DNA of 64,000 nt from an uncultured Candidatus Saccharibacteria bacterium. Its GTDB lineage: Bacteria; Patescibacteriota; Minisyncoccia; Phycocordibacterales; UBA12088. This document shows positions 9,480-19,216 of the stretch, in pieces. The notes under the pieces were generated by a model that saw only the letters and a program-made list of their open reading frames with translations, made no database searches and was not told the origin of the DNA. The DNA lies in the NCBI GenBank assembly GCA_964459635.1, contig CAYWMQ010000002.1, forward strand, positions 6,776 to 70,775, given 5' to 3'. The position numbers and the translations under genes were made by a program. How positions within the stretch are numbered: the stretch's first letter is position 1; every line of letters starts with the position of its first letter.

Positions 9480-9665
9480 CACCTACCTATCCCTAATGAT
9501 TGCCTGTAACATATTTCGCCCATCTGGTAATTAACACACACTGCCCGCTCACCCACTCCATACTTCACACTCTCGTCTGAGGTGCGGGCTGCACACCTCG
9601 CACTCACTAAAACGCACGAATGACGTATACTGTAGGTACTTATCCAAATAGCGTTCTTGTTGCTT

Positions 9666-9980
9666 ATGCGGTACCTATACATATTCCTTGCCGTCGCCAT
9701 TCTGGGCGCTGTCGGCTACTGGTACGCCGAACGAAATGACTGGTGGGGCTTTTTTGAAGCACCACTCCCAAGCGCGCCGCCAACCGCCGAGGAGCGCGAA
9801 CGTATGGCCGAAGTGGAGCGCACGAGCCAAACACAAGCGGAGAACCCTAAACCCGGCGCAGGCGTGTTGCCGCCGGGCTCACGTCCACCGGTACAGCCCG
9901 CAACTAGCACAGAGGCCACAACTACCGAAGAGTCTGACGCAATAGCGAGTACTACTGACACAGAGGCAACTTCACGCTAG
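9666..9980 (+). CDS. Small membrane-anchored Pro/Thr-rich hypothetical protein
   Basis: N-terminal TM helix followed by a low-complexity P/T/E-rich tail; the start codon is ambiguous (TTG at 9657 or ATG at 9666). Confidence 0.4.
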   Translation: MRYLYIFLAVAILGAVGYWYAERNDWWGFFEAPLPSAPPTAEERERMAEVERTSQTQAENPKPGAGVLPPGSRPPVQPATSTEATTTEESDAIASTTDTEATSR

Positions 9981-10030
9981 CCTCCGTACCCGTTGCCGCA
10001 TCCGCATACGATTCCCCCATACGCACGCCC

Positions 10031-11458
10031 CTACCTATACGATCGCTCCGCAAAGCTGAGCATCGCATTCATGTCGGCGGCAAGATCTGCCGAATCCAGC
10101 ACAATGAGCGCCAGGCGTCGGCGTGTCCGGCCGATGTTGACCTCCACTACGGCAAGACCGTCTCGCAGTGAGCCATCGTGTGGCGCGCGCAGCTCTGTCC
10201 CCGTGGCAAACGCCATCATGACCGCCGCCGTGTCGTCCTTGCGTGAACGCGCTACTTGCTCCGTGGCACCACCCAAAAAGCGTGCATCCTCCGCAAGCGG
10301 ATGCGCGGGCGTAAGGCCCGTGATGCGCGGCTCCCCATACGTGCGCGTGTTCGCGCGCCCCGCGCTCATCGACAAAATGAACGAGCGGTTTTGCTCCAAG
10401 TAGCGCAAGAGCAAGAAAATATCTTCCGCTGTCGTCTTTGCGTGATAGGACCCATCTTCGGCGCGGTTAAAGGTCGTAGCGCGCAAACCGAGTGAGCGAG
10501 CTTTATTGGAAAGAAGCGTCTCAAAGCGCCGCTCTCCAAAGTAGGCCGCGAGCGAGCGAGCGGCGTCGGGCGAGCTTTTAAGCAAAAGCGGGAAAAAGAG
10601 CTCATAGATACTGTACGAGGTTCCGGATGTAAAGCCCGCGTCCGGATCTACGTCGCCTTCCACACGCACCGACCGCTCAATGTTCTCATACTCACTCGCC
10701 ACCACCGCGGTCAAAAGCGTGGGGAGTGTTTGCGTTTCATGCGTATCAGTCGGCGCACCCGCAAGCAACACGAAGTTGTTGGCAAGATCGGCCACAAGGT
10801 ACCGCTTGGCGCTCACCGCAGGTGCAGCGAGCGTATAGCTCGGCCCCTCCGGCTGTGCGTCGGCCTCGTGCACGAGTATCGGCATACCGACCTTGACTCG
10901 CTCGTACACTTGCGCCGCATACGCATCTTCGAGGCGTATGCAGCCGCCTGAGTACCGCGAATCCACCGGCGTACCGTCGTCGTAGTGCGGCCAGCCATGG
11001 ATAAAAAAGTTCCCTTGGAACGGTATGGAGTACGGCATGTGCACACGACCGAACGACGAGAAGTGTGAGCGCTCCTTGCCCTCCGCCCGGTAGAGACCGG
11101 ACGGTGTTTCCCACCAACTCCCCTCTTTGCCTTTGCTCTTGATAGGCACGCGTAAGGTGCTGGTACCCTTCTCGTACACCGTGAGGGTCATGGCTTCCAG
11201 ATCCGCTTCAATAAAGCTCGCGCTGTCGCGTATAAACTCCTCCTTGACCTCATTGAAGAAGTCAGCGCGCGCAAGCTCGGGCCAAATGCCATACTCAAGC
11301 ACGGTGCTGGAGGCCGCTGCCGCCCCAAGCGTGATGCGATAGTTGTCCACCTTGTCGCGCGCAAGGAGCGCCGCCGTCCCCGCTCCAAGAAGGGTACCCG
11401 CCACCACGCACACAAGCGCGAGGGCAAAGTTGACGTGGCTTTCGAGAAGGAAACGCAT
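10031..11458 (-). CDS. L,D-transpeptidase (YkuD) domain fused to a DD-carboxypeptidase-like (S11/PBP5-like) domain; the active-site SxxK appears replaced
   Basis: HGWP...GTPVDSRYSGGCIRL matches the YkuD catalytic motif. The C-terminal half is homologous to the DacA-like paralog at 59716..61113, but the paralog's SITK corresponds here to TLPT. Confidence 0.6.
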   Translation of the reverse strand: MRFLLESHVNFALALVCVVAGTLLGAGTAALLARDKVDNYRITLGAAAASSTVLEYGIWPELARADFFNEVKEEFIRDSASFIEADLEAMTLTVYEKGTSTLRVPIKSKGKEGSWWETPSGLYRAEGKERSHFSSFGRVHMPYSIPFQGNFFIHGWPHYDDGTPVDSRYSGGCIRLEDAYAAQVYERVKVGMPILVHEADAQPEGPSYTLAAPAVSAKRYLVADLANNFVLLAGAPTDTHETQTLPTLLTAVVASEYENIERSVRVEGDVDPDAGFTSGTSYSIYELFFPLLLKSSPDAARSLAAYFGERRFETLLSNKARSLGLRATTFNRAEDGSYHAKTTAEDIFLLLRYLEQNRSFILSMSAGRANTRTYGEPRITGLTPAHPLAEDARFLGGATEQVARSRKDDTAAVMMAFATGTELRAPHDGSLRDGLAVVEVNIGRTRRRLALIVLDSADLAADMNAMLSFAERSYR

Positions 11459-11627
11459 ACGGAGTACAGAGTGTGGAGTTTAGAGATCAGAGATTCAAGG
11501 CAGCGGGATGCGAGGACATATGCATATAGCGATAGGGGAACACAAGCGGCAAGGGTACGCGGGTTGGGAAAAACATGCACCTGCTCAGATAGTTAGTGTA
11601 CTATATACACTAACTATTTAATACTGC

Positions 11628-12197
11628 TTAGCGGTACTTCGGCGGCTCCTCGGCCACACCCTCCGCAAAGTTGGCGTAGCGGGCGAGCGCAAAGAGGACC
11701 GACGAAAGCCTGTTGAGGTATGCGAGCGTGTGCTTGGAAAGCTTCCGGATGCCGGCCTCATGCAAGCCCACCGCCCGCCGCTCCGCGCGCCGCGCCAGGG
11801 TGCGCACCACATCAAGGATGGCCGAAAGCTCCGTACCGCCCGCGAGTGCGAATGTCTTCAAAGGCGGTATCGCGTGCTCTACGGTGTCCGTAATACGCTC
11901 TGCGCGCAGCACTTTCGCACGCGTGAGCTTTTTCGGTGCGCCGGCAAGCTCGGCCTGCACGATGAACAAGTTTTGCTGCACCTCATAGAGAAGCGCCTCA
12001 ATGCTCGCGGCTTTTGTGCCGAGCGCGAGCGGCCGCGGTGCACTGCGGCGTGCCACGGCACGGGCGAGCCCCACGAACGAATTCACCTCGTCAAAGGTGC
12101 CCAGTGCCTCCGGCAGCGCAGACGCTTTCGAGATACGCTCCGGCCCCGAGTCAAACACCCGGGTCGTGCCCGCATCACCTTTTCGTGTGTACAGCAT
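11628..12197 (-). CDS. PduO-type ATP:cob(I)alamin adenosyltransferase
   Basis: MLYTRKGDAGTT N-terminal signature of PduO/MMAB-type adenosyltransferases. Confidence 0.7.
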   Translation of the reverse strand: MLYTRKGDAGTTRVFDSGPERISKASALPEALGTFDEVNSFVGLARAVARRSAPRPLALGTKAASIEALLYEVQQNLFIVQAELAGAPKKLTRAKVLRAERITDTVEHAIPPLKTFALAGGTELSAILDVVRTLARRAERRAVGLHEAGIRKLSKHTLAYLNRLSSVLFALARYANFAEGVAEEPPKYR

Positions 12198-12239
12198 AGC
12201 TCCAGTATACCGCACCGCATGGACAAAAAAGAAACGGCA

Positions 12240-12548
12240 TCAAGATGATGCCGTTTCTGCGATAGGCTCTACCGCCAAGGTGCGCTTTTCCTTCGCACTA
12301 CGGTATTCAAGAACCTTCTGCACCGCGTACCTTATGGTATTTTCAGATACTCGTGCCGGTACGACAATGCGAGGACTAACCGCTACCCTGCCTGGGAACT
12401 CCTCCTGATCGGACACCATATACGTACGGTATGCACACAACGCCACGGCAGTGCCGCGTTCGACATGGCGGCGAACTTCTGCCACAAGTACTTCCTCTTC
12501 ATGGTCGTGGCGACCGAGAGAGCTTGCGACAGGCTTCCGAAAAAACAT
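12240..12548 (-). CDS. Hypothetical protein (102 aa)
   Basis: ORF with an AGGAG SD 5 nt upstream of the ATG; no family recognized. Confidence 0.3.
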   Translation of the reverse strand: MFFRKPVASSLGRHDHEEEVLVAEVRRHVERGTAVALCAYRTYMVSDQEEFPGRVAVSPRIVVPARVSENTIRYAVQKVLEYRSAKEKRTLAVEPIAETASS

Positions 12549-12859
12549 GTCTGCTCCTAAGTGAGAAGATGGACAGCGAGCACGTACACGCCTGTGCACG
12601 CAACGATGGGGCCAAGAGGCCTGCACGGCCACGGGGCCTTTTCCCAGATGTAGAGATGGGTTTGATGCAACATATCGGTCGCATCGCGCGCTATGCGTCG
12701 CGCCGCATACCACCGGGCTTCCCACTGGTATGGGCGGCATGCGTCAATTAGGTCATGCATTGGATCTTTCCTTGATGCTCCCCCTTTGGTCTACCTTTAT
12801 GAAAACACGCTTCATTTTGTGGGTCAAGACGCGCACACGTTCATGGTATACTGCGCCTC

Positions 12860-14998
12860 ATGAACCCTGAGCAGCCGCTCGCGGATATCATGCGCATACC
12901 AGACGCAGAAGCGCGGGCACTCAAGCGCCTCGGCATAGCAACCGCGCGCGACCTCCTCTACCACCTCCCCGCTCGCTACGAACGCGCGGGCGATGTGCGC
13001 ACCATAGGCGGTATCGCGACCGGCACCGAAGCCATACTCTACGGGACTTTGCGCAAACCGGAGACGAGAAAAACATGGAAAACGAAGCGGCCCATTGCTG
13101 AGGCATGGCTTGAGGACGGCACGGGCAAGCTGAAACTCATGTGGTTCAACCAGCCGTACATTGCAAAGATGTACCCCGACGGACTCACGGTGAAAGTGTC
13201 AGGCCGCATAGACGGCACGCCCCCGTACATGGCAAACCCAGAGATAGAGCGCATTGAGCGTATACCGGTAGGTGGCACCGGGCCGCTCTTTAAGGAGACG
13301 AGCGATGAGCTCCTCGCGGTATACCCGGAGTCACAGGGCGTGTCTTCACGCTGGATGCGGCATGCGATAGCGCGGCTTTTGCGTGAGGGAGCACACGAGG
13401 CTCTGCCCGATCCGATACCTGAGCCGATACGCACACGCTACCGCTTGCCCTCACTTGCTGCGGCACTCGTGTACATACACACACCCAAGCGCGACAAGGA
13501 CGCCGCCGCCGCACGCAAGCGCTTTGCATTCGAGGAAGTGTTTACGATACAGGTGGCCGCACAACAGGAGCGTGCCGGGCTCGCGAAGCTCCCCACACCC
13601 GCTATACCGGACGGGCCGGGCCGTGCCAGGGAGCTTGAGGCACGACTGCCTTTTCGTCTCACACGGGGCCAAGAGCGTGCCGTGGCGGCAATACTCTCCG
13701 ACATGAGCGCACCACCCGCCATGAGCCGCTTGCTTGAGGGCGACGTCGGGAGCGGTAAAACGGCCGTTGCCGCGCTCACCTCGTATGCGGTCGTGACGAG
13801 CGCGCCCAAAGGCCGACCGTCCGCCAACTACCAGGTAGCGTACATGGCGCCCACTGAGGTATTGGCGCAGCAGCATTTTGAGTCTTTCATTTCATTATTC
13901 AAGCACCTCCCCATACAGCTGGGGCTACTTACCGGAAGCGTGTGCCGTAGGTTTCCGTCGAAGGTGCGCGCAAGCGAGAGCACGCCTGTGTCGCGTGCTC
14001 AGCTCTTGAAGCAAGTCGCGAGCGGCGAGATATCCATGCTCATAGGCACGCATGCGCTCATACAAAAGAGCGTGGCCTTTCGCGACCTCGCGTATGTGAT
14101 AGTGGACGAGCAGCACCGCTTCGGGGTCAACCAGCGCCGCACACTCGTACGTAAAGATGGGACACTGCCTCACTTTCTTTCTATGACCGCCACGCCGATA
14201 CCACGTACGCTCGCCCTTACCCTGTACGGTGACCTAGACCTGACGGTGCTCGATGAAATGCCCGCAGGCAGGAAGCCCGTACATACCGAGGTGGTGCCAA
14301 AAGGCGGGCGCGCGGCCATGTACACCGCGCTCCGTGCCGAGCTCACCGCGGGCAGGCAAGCGTACGTGATATGCCCGCGCATAGACGAGGCGGACCCAAG
14401 CAAAGCTGCTGCGCTCGTGACGAAGTCCGTGACGGCGGAGGCGGCACGGCTTGCGGCGGGCGAACTTAAGGGATTTCGTGTGGCGCTGCTCCACGGCCAG
14501 ATGAAACCGAACGAGAAAGATGTGGTCATGCGCGCGTTCCTCGCACACGAGGCAGACGTGCTCGTGGCTACATCGGTGGTGGAAGTGGGGGTCAACGTAC
14601 CGAACGCCACGGTCATCATCATTGAAGGCGCGGAGCGTTTTGGGCTGGCACAGCTCCACCAGCTGCGCGGCCGCGTCGTACGGTCTACCCATCAAGCCTA
14701 CTGCTACCTCCTCACGAGCGAGGGTCAACACAACAGCCGCCTCACCGCGCTCGCGAAAGCGAAGAGCGGCTTTGAGCTGGCGGAGCTTGACCTCAAGCTC
14801 CGAGGCCCGGGCGAGCTCTACGGGCGAAGCCAGTCCGGACTTTCCGACATCGGCATGGAGGCGCTCAAAAACCTGAAGCTCGTGGAAGCCGCACGCGATG
14901 AAGCACGCGCGCTTGTGGCTCTGGACAGCGCGCTTTCACATTACCCCGCGCTCGCCCACGCGGTCGCTCGCCGCCGCGAGCGCTTGCACTTTGAGTAA
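12860..14998 (+). CDS. recG: ATP-dependent DNA helicase RecG
   Basis: 712 aa; GDVGSGKT Walker A, DEQHRFGV, helicase C-terminal motifs, and an N-terminal wedge-domain region. Confidence 0.9.
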   Translation: MNPEQPLADIMRIPDAEARALKRLGIATARDLLYHLPARYERAGDVRTIGGIATGTEAILYGTLRKPETRKTWKTKRPIAEAWLEDGTGKLKLMWFNQPYIAKMYPDGLTVKVSGRIDGTPPYMANPEIERIERIPVGGTGPLFKETSDELLAVYPESQGVSSRWMRHAIARLLREGAHEALPDPIPEPIRTRYRLPSLAAALVYIHTPKRDKDAAAARKRFAFEEVFTIQVAAQQERAGLAKLPTPAIPDGPGRARELEARLPFRLTRGQERAVAAILSDMSAPPAMSRLLEGDVGSGKTAVAALTSYAVVTSAPKGRPSANYQVAYMAPTEVLAQQHFESFISLFKHLPIQLGLLTGSVCRRFPSKVRASESTPVSRAQLLKQVASGEISMLIGTHALIQKSVAFRDLAYVIVDEQHRFGVNQRRTLVRKDGTLPHFLSMTATPIPRTLALTLYGDLDLTVLDEMPAGRKPVHTEVVPKGGRAAMYTALRAELTAGRQAYVICPRIDEADPSKAAALVTKSVTAEAARLAAGELKGFRVALLHGQMKPNEKDVVMRAFLAHEADVLVATSVVEVGVNVPNATVIIIEGAERFGLAQLHQLRGRVVRSTHQAYCYLLTSEGQHNSRLTALAKAKSGFELAELDLKLRGPGELYGRSQSGLSDIGMEALKNLKLVEAARDEARALVALDSALSHYPALAHAVARRRERLHFE

Positions 14999-15000
14999 CA

Positions 15001-15076
15001 GGTGCGCGTGCCAGGGCTCGAACCTGGGACCGCCGAGGTATAAGCTCGGAGCTACTACCAACTGAGCTACACGCGC
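15001..15076 (-). tRNA. tRNA with anticodon UAU (reads AUA; tRNA-Ile2-like)
   Basis: Hand-folded from the reverse complement: acceptor GCGCGTG/CACGCGC, anticodon stem CCGAG/CTCGG, loop CTTATAC, T-loop TTCGAGC, discriminator A. Confidence 0.7.
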
Positions 15077-15253
15077 AATACTTGTTGTCAAACGTACTCC
15101 CCACCTATTCGCGCACAGAACCGTTACCTGCCACGACAGCTATGCGCGCGTACGGGTACTATATAGCGCACAGGCACAAAACGCAAAACACCGACGTGGG
15201 GCCGGTGTTTTGCGCATCGCTGTGATGCTAAGGCGCTGCGCTATCATCCTGCG

Positions 15254-16699
15254 CTACTCACCGGGAGTGGGTGCAGACGTGGTCGCCCAGCTTGGGGCGG
15301 TGCCGGTGCTTGTGTTCATGTTCGTACGGTATATGGCCTCGCCAGCGCGTGCTTCAGGGGCAACCGGTGCGGAAGTGGTGCTTGTGCCCCAGCGTACGGA
15401 GTCGGAAAGCGTGCCATCGCTACGGTACAGACGCACGCTATCGCCGTCGTTGTCGAGTCCGTTACCAATGCTCATACTCAGTACCAACCACGCCGTACCT
15501 GTTGGTAGCGTCCAGAATTCATCCGTTGAGGTCGCGGGCGTGATGAGCGCATATGCTCCGGGCGCAAGGAGTCGCGTAGTTGTAGCGAGCGTGCGCGTGG
15601 CCGTGTCATCGCGCAGAGTCCAGCCCATCAGGTCTACGGTGGTGGAGCCGCTGTTCCAAAGCTCCACCCATTCGTTTTCCGGTTCTTCACCCCATGCACT
15701 GGTGGTGCCACTCCGGTACAACACCTCCGTGATACTTACGGTACCTGTTGCAGCAGTGGTCGTCGCGGGTGTCGTGGTCGCGGGTGTTGTTGTAGCAGGC
15801 GTGGTCGTGGCAGGTGTGGTTGTCGCCGGAGTAGTCGTCGCGGTCGTAGTCGTGGCAGATGTCGTGGTAGCGGAGCCTGAAGTTGCCATGCGCGAGAATC
15901 CGACGGTTACCGAGTCGGTGGTCGTACCCCTCTCATTTGCACAGGCGAGCGCGTACGTACTTGTCGCGTTTACCGTGACCGTACTGCTGCCCGTCGTAGC
16001 CCTGGACCCGCTCCATGCATTTGTGGCGATACAGCTATTTGCGTTTGTGCTGCTCCACGTGAGCGTGGTACTCGCCGGTGCGGTACCTGTGGCAGTCACC
16101 GTTTGAGGATCTGCACTGAGGTCAACAGTCGGAAGCGCCATAGTGGAGGTAGAGGTGGTACCTGTCGAGGTGCCAGTTGTGGTACCTGTCACTGTGAGCA
16201 TGATCGTGCGGGATGTTGTGCCCCGCTCATTCGCACACGCGAGGCTATACTCGGTGCTCGTCGCCGGCGATACGGCTGCCGTACCGGACGCGACGCGTGT
16301 GCCTGTCCAGCCTCCTGACGCAAGACACGTGTCCGCATACAGCGCGTTCCACATAAGGGTGCTGGTCGCTCCCGTAGCTATCGTTCCCGGGTTTGCGGAG
16401 AAAGTAAGCGCAACCGGCCGCGCCGGAGTACCGCTCCCCTCCTCACAAAACGCGGGGAGCTCTATGCCATACCTGTCTTGGAGTCCCGCGTACCGCGTAC
16501 ATATGCGCTCTTCGGCACGCGCAAGTCGCTCTTCAATACGCTGCAGGGCGCGCTCTATCCGCGCGTCTATCCGCTCTTGTATGCGCTCAAACAGGAGGTA
16601 TGTGTTGTCTGTCGTGGTTGCCTGCGCCTGCACCGTGTGCGGAAGCACGGAAGCGCACAAAGCTACAAGCAGAAGCGCAACGCTGGTTTGTATCTTCAT
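15254..16699 (-). CDS. Secreted surface protein with two Ig-like repeat modules, a Thr/Pro-rich linker and a C-terminal lamin-tail (LTD) domain
   Basis: Signal peptide MKIQTSVALLLVALCASVLPHTVQA; an internal ~95-aa repeat (...LACANERGTT... twice); (TTPAT)n linker; EWVELWN...VDLMGWTL LTD signature. Confidence 0.65.
   Translation of the reverse strand: MKIQTSVALLLVALCASVLPHTVQAQATTTDNTYLLFERIQERIDARIERALQRIEERLARAEERICTRYAGLQDRYGIELPAFCEEGSGTPARPVALTFSANPGTIATGATSTLMWNALYADTCLASGGWTGTRVASGTAAVSPATSTEYSLACANERGTTSRTIMLTVTGTTTGTSTGTTSTSTMALPTVDLSADPQTVTATGTAPASTTLTWSSTNANSCIATNAWSGSRATTGSSTVTVNATSTYALACANERGTTTDSVTVGFSRMATSGSATTTSATTTTATTTPATTTPATTTPATTTPATTTPATTTAATGTVSITEVLYRSGTTSAWGEEPENEWVELWNSGSTTVDLMGWTLRDDTATRTLATTTRLLAPGAYALITPATSTDEFWTLPTGTAWLVLSMSIGNGLDNDGDSVRLYRSDGTLSDSVRWGTSTTSAPVAPEARAGEAIYRTNMNTSTGTAPSWATTSAPTPGE
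15757..15872. repeat. 15-bp tandem repeat (about 7 copies) encoding the TTPAT linker
   Basis: ggtcgtNgcNggtgt-like units seen directly in the sequence. Confidence 0.7.
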
Positions 16700-16893
16700 G
16701 GTAGGTAATGCAGAGTAGCATGGTTACCTGATAAGTCTTACCGTATAAGGTGCGGTGCGCGTTGTGACGCCGCTGTGTCAGAGCACGCACCTGCTGCATA
16801 CTCTATGGTACGCATTGGACATGAAAGAGCAGTGACGCCGCGCTCTAGCGTGTTCTGCTCAGCGTGAACATGTGCCATATAGAACAGGCCGCG

Positions 16894-17190
16894 TTACACG
16901 GCCTGTTCTTTGTCTTCTTGAGTAGAGTCTTTGGGTATCGCGCCAAGCGCAGCGAGACGTTCCAGCACCGGTACAGGCGCGGCTCCGTCTCGCGGTATCT
17001 TTTCGCGTATCGGGACCGCGTGCACCTCCGTGCCCACCTTCACCAAAAAATACTCTGCGTCATGCGGGTCATCCGTATCGAGCGTTACCGTATCCCCATA
17101 TTTTTCTTGCACGCGCGCAATGAGCTCATGCTTCGCTGCATGCATCGCTTCGCCCGCATCAGGAGATTGCTCTGCACTATTTTTTGTCAT
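16894..17190 (-). CDS. Hypothetical small protein co-transcribed downstream of ftsH
   Basis: 98-aa ORF that starts 2 bp after the ftsH stop. Confidence 0.4.
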   Translation of the reverse strand: MTKNSAEQSPDAGEAMHAAKHELIARVQEKYGDTVTLDTDDPHDAEYFLVKVGTEVHAVPIREKIPRDGAAPVPVLERLAALGAIPKDSTQEDKEQAV

Positions 17191-17192
17191 AG

Positions 17193-19157
17193 TTAGACGA
17201 TATGGTTGCCCACCCGCACCTCTTCCGGGTCGCGCTTCTTCGGCTCTATGCCGTGGAGAATGAGTATCTTCTCAAAATCGTCGCGCTCAAGCGTTTCCAC
17301 CTCTATGAGCTTTGCCGCTATAGCGTCAAGTGCCTTGCGGTTGTCCACGATAGCGGTGCGCGCACGGTCATAGGCTTCACGCACAATACGCGCCACCTCC
17401 ACGTCTATCTCGGCGGCCACCTTGTCGCTATACTCACGCTCACCAAGCCCCATCCCGAACATGGTACGGCCACCATCAGACTCGTATGCCATCGGCCCCA
17501 TCTTTTCGCTCATACCCCAGCGCGCGACCATGTTGCGTGCGAGCGCGGTCAACACCTGCAAGTCGTTGGACGCACCTGTGGTGAGATCGCCGAACACAAG
17601 CTCCTCCGCCACGTACCCGCCCAGCGACTTTGCAATGTCGTCCAAAAACTCCTTGCGAGACTGCATACGCCTGTCCTCGAACGGCAGTGTGAGCGTGTAG
17701 CCGGCCGCACGACCACGGCTGATAATGGATATCTTGTGGACCGGATCAGAATGCGGAAGCACCGACCCCACAAGTGCATGTCCCGCCTCATGGTAAGCGG
17801 TAATCTCTTTTTCACGCCTTGAGAGAACATGGCTCTTGCGTTCGGGACCGAGCATGACCTTCTCGATCGAACGAATAAGGTCATACTGCGTGATCTTTTT
17901 ACGGTCCTCGCGCGCGGCAAGGATGGCCGCCTCATTCATGAGGTTCATGAGATCGGCACCTGAAAAGCCCACGGTACGCTCCGCTATGGTCGCCATGTTC
18001 ACATCTTCGCCCAAAGGCTTCTTGCGCGCATGCACCTCAAGTATCGCCTCCCGATCACCGCGATCGGGAAGGTCTATGGTCACGCGCCTGTCGAAGCGAC
18101 CGGGGCGCATGAGCGCAGGGTCCAGCACATCCGGCCTGTTGCTCGCGGCCATGATGATTATTTTTTCGTTCGGCTCAAAACCGTCCATCTCCACGAGTAT
18201 CTGATTGAGCGTTTGTTCACGTTCATCATTGCCACCGCCTACACCGGTGCCGCGTACGCGTCCCACCGCGTCTATCTCGTCAATAAATATTATTGCCGGG
18301 GCGGCCTTTTTCGCCATCCGAAAGAGGTCGCGCACCCGCGACGCGCCCACACCCACGAAGAGCTCGACAAACTCCGACCCCGAGATGGAGAAGAACGGCA
18401 CGTTCGCTTCGCCCGACACTGCACGTGCAAGCAGCGTCTTTCCTGTACCGGGCGCCCCCATAAGTAGGACACCCTTCGGGATACGCGCGCCAATATCCAG
18501 GAACTTCTTCGGGTTCTTCAAGAAGTCCACTATTTCGGTAAGCTCTTCTTTTGCCTCTTTCGCACCCGCCACATCCTTAAACGTGATGCGCTGATGCTTG
18601 TCAGCGGGGTCTATCATGCGCGCCTTGCTCTGGCCGAACGTAAAGGCTTGCATGCCGGCACCCTTCACCTGCCGCATCAAGAACCACAGCAGGATGAGTA
18701 TGAATATGAGCGGGAAGAGAAATGGCGCAAGCGTCAAGAACCAAAAGCGCACGCCGTTCTCGTCCGCCACCTCGATAGGTACGTTACGCAGCACTTCTCC
18801 CGATACGCCGTAGTTGTTGAGTGTGTCGGATAGTGCGGTGCCCGCCTCTTTCTTGGCCTTTTTCTCTACGCGCTGCTCGCCCTCACCTGTGTCGTAGGTC
18901 GCCAGTACCTGGTCCCCTTCCACGCGTATGCCTTCGACGGAACCCGCCAGGATGTCTGTCGCAAGCTCAGAGAGCGAGATCTCCGCCGGCGCTTCGCCCC
19001 GGTCGGCGAAGTACGAGAATACGCCCGTAAGGGCAAGCAGGATCAAAAACGTGAGGACGAGGTTGACCCAAAACTGGCGTCCGGGCTGAAAACTGCCGCC
19101 CTCTTGCTTGTCCGGCCGCTTTCCGGTTTGCGACCGCTTGTCGTGTTCGTGTTCCAT
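17193..19157 (-). CDS. ftsH: ATP-dependent zinc metalloprotease FtsH
   Basis: AAA+ Walker [23 protein letters not shown] zinc motif, and two N-terminal TM helices. The start was taken at MEHEHDKR; the longer ORF extends to 19262. Confidence 0.9.
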   Translation of the reverse strand: MEHEHDKRSQTGKRPDKQEGGSFQPGRQFWVNLVLTFLILLALTGVFSYFADRGEAPAEISLSELATDILAGSVEGIRVEGDQVLATYDTGEGEQRVEKKAKKEAGTALSDTLNNYGVSGEVLRNVPIEVADENGVRFWFLTLAPFLFPLIFILILLWFLMRQVKGAGMQAFTFGQSKARMIDPADKHQRITFKDVAGAKEAKEELTEIVDFLKNPKKFLDIGARIPKGVLLMGAPGTGKTLLARAVSGEANVPFFSISGSEFVELFVGVGASRVRDLFRMAKKAAPAIIFIDEIDAVGRVRGTGVGGGNDEREQTLNQILVEMDGFEPNEKIIIMAASNRPDVLDPALMRPGRFDRRVTIDLPDRGDREAILEVHARKKPLGEDVNMATIAERTVGFSGADLMNLMNEAAILAAREDRKKITQYDLIRSIEKVMLGPERKSHVLSRREKEITAYHEAGHALVGSVLPHSDPVHKISIISRGRAAGYTLTLPFEDRRMQSRKEFLDDIAKSLGGYVAEELVFGDLTTGASNDLQVLTALARNMVARWGMSEKMGPMAYESDGGRTMFGMGLGEREYSDKVAAEIDVEVARIVREAYDRARTAIVDNRKALDAIAAKLIEVETLERDDFEKILILHGIEPKKRDPEEVRVGNHIV

Positions 19158-19216
19158 ACAGGAGAGTATAGCGCGTTTGTCGCCTCGCGTCACGTATGGT
19201 ATAGTCTCGTGACGGT

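Noticed and set aside
12431-12760. Overlapping plus-strand (12431..12751) and minus-strand (12557..12760) ORFs upstream of recG
   Set aside because: Both are Arg/Trp/Cys-rich with no recognisable features. The region more likely holds the recG promoter (extended -10 TGGTATACT at about 12833). Only the 102-aa minus ORF with a good SD was retained, at low confidence.
15210-16106. 298-aa plus-strand ORF rich in Val/Ala repeats
   Set aside because: It is the antisense strand of the repetitive LTD-protein gene. The repeats mirror the TTPAT linker, and it has no SD and no protein-like N-terminus.
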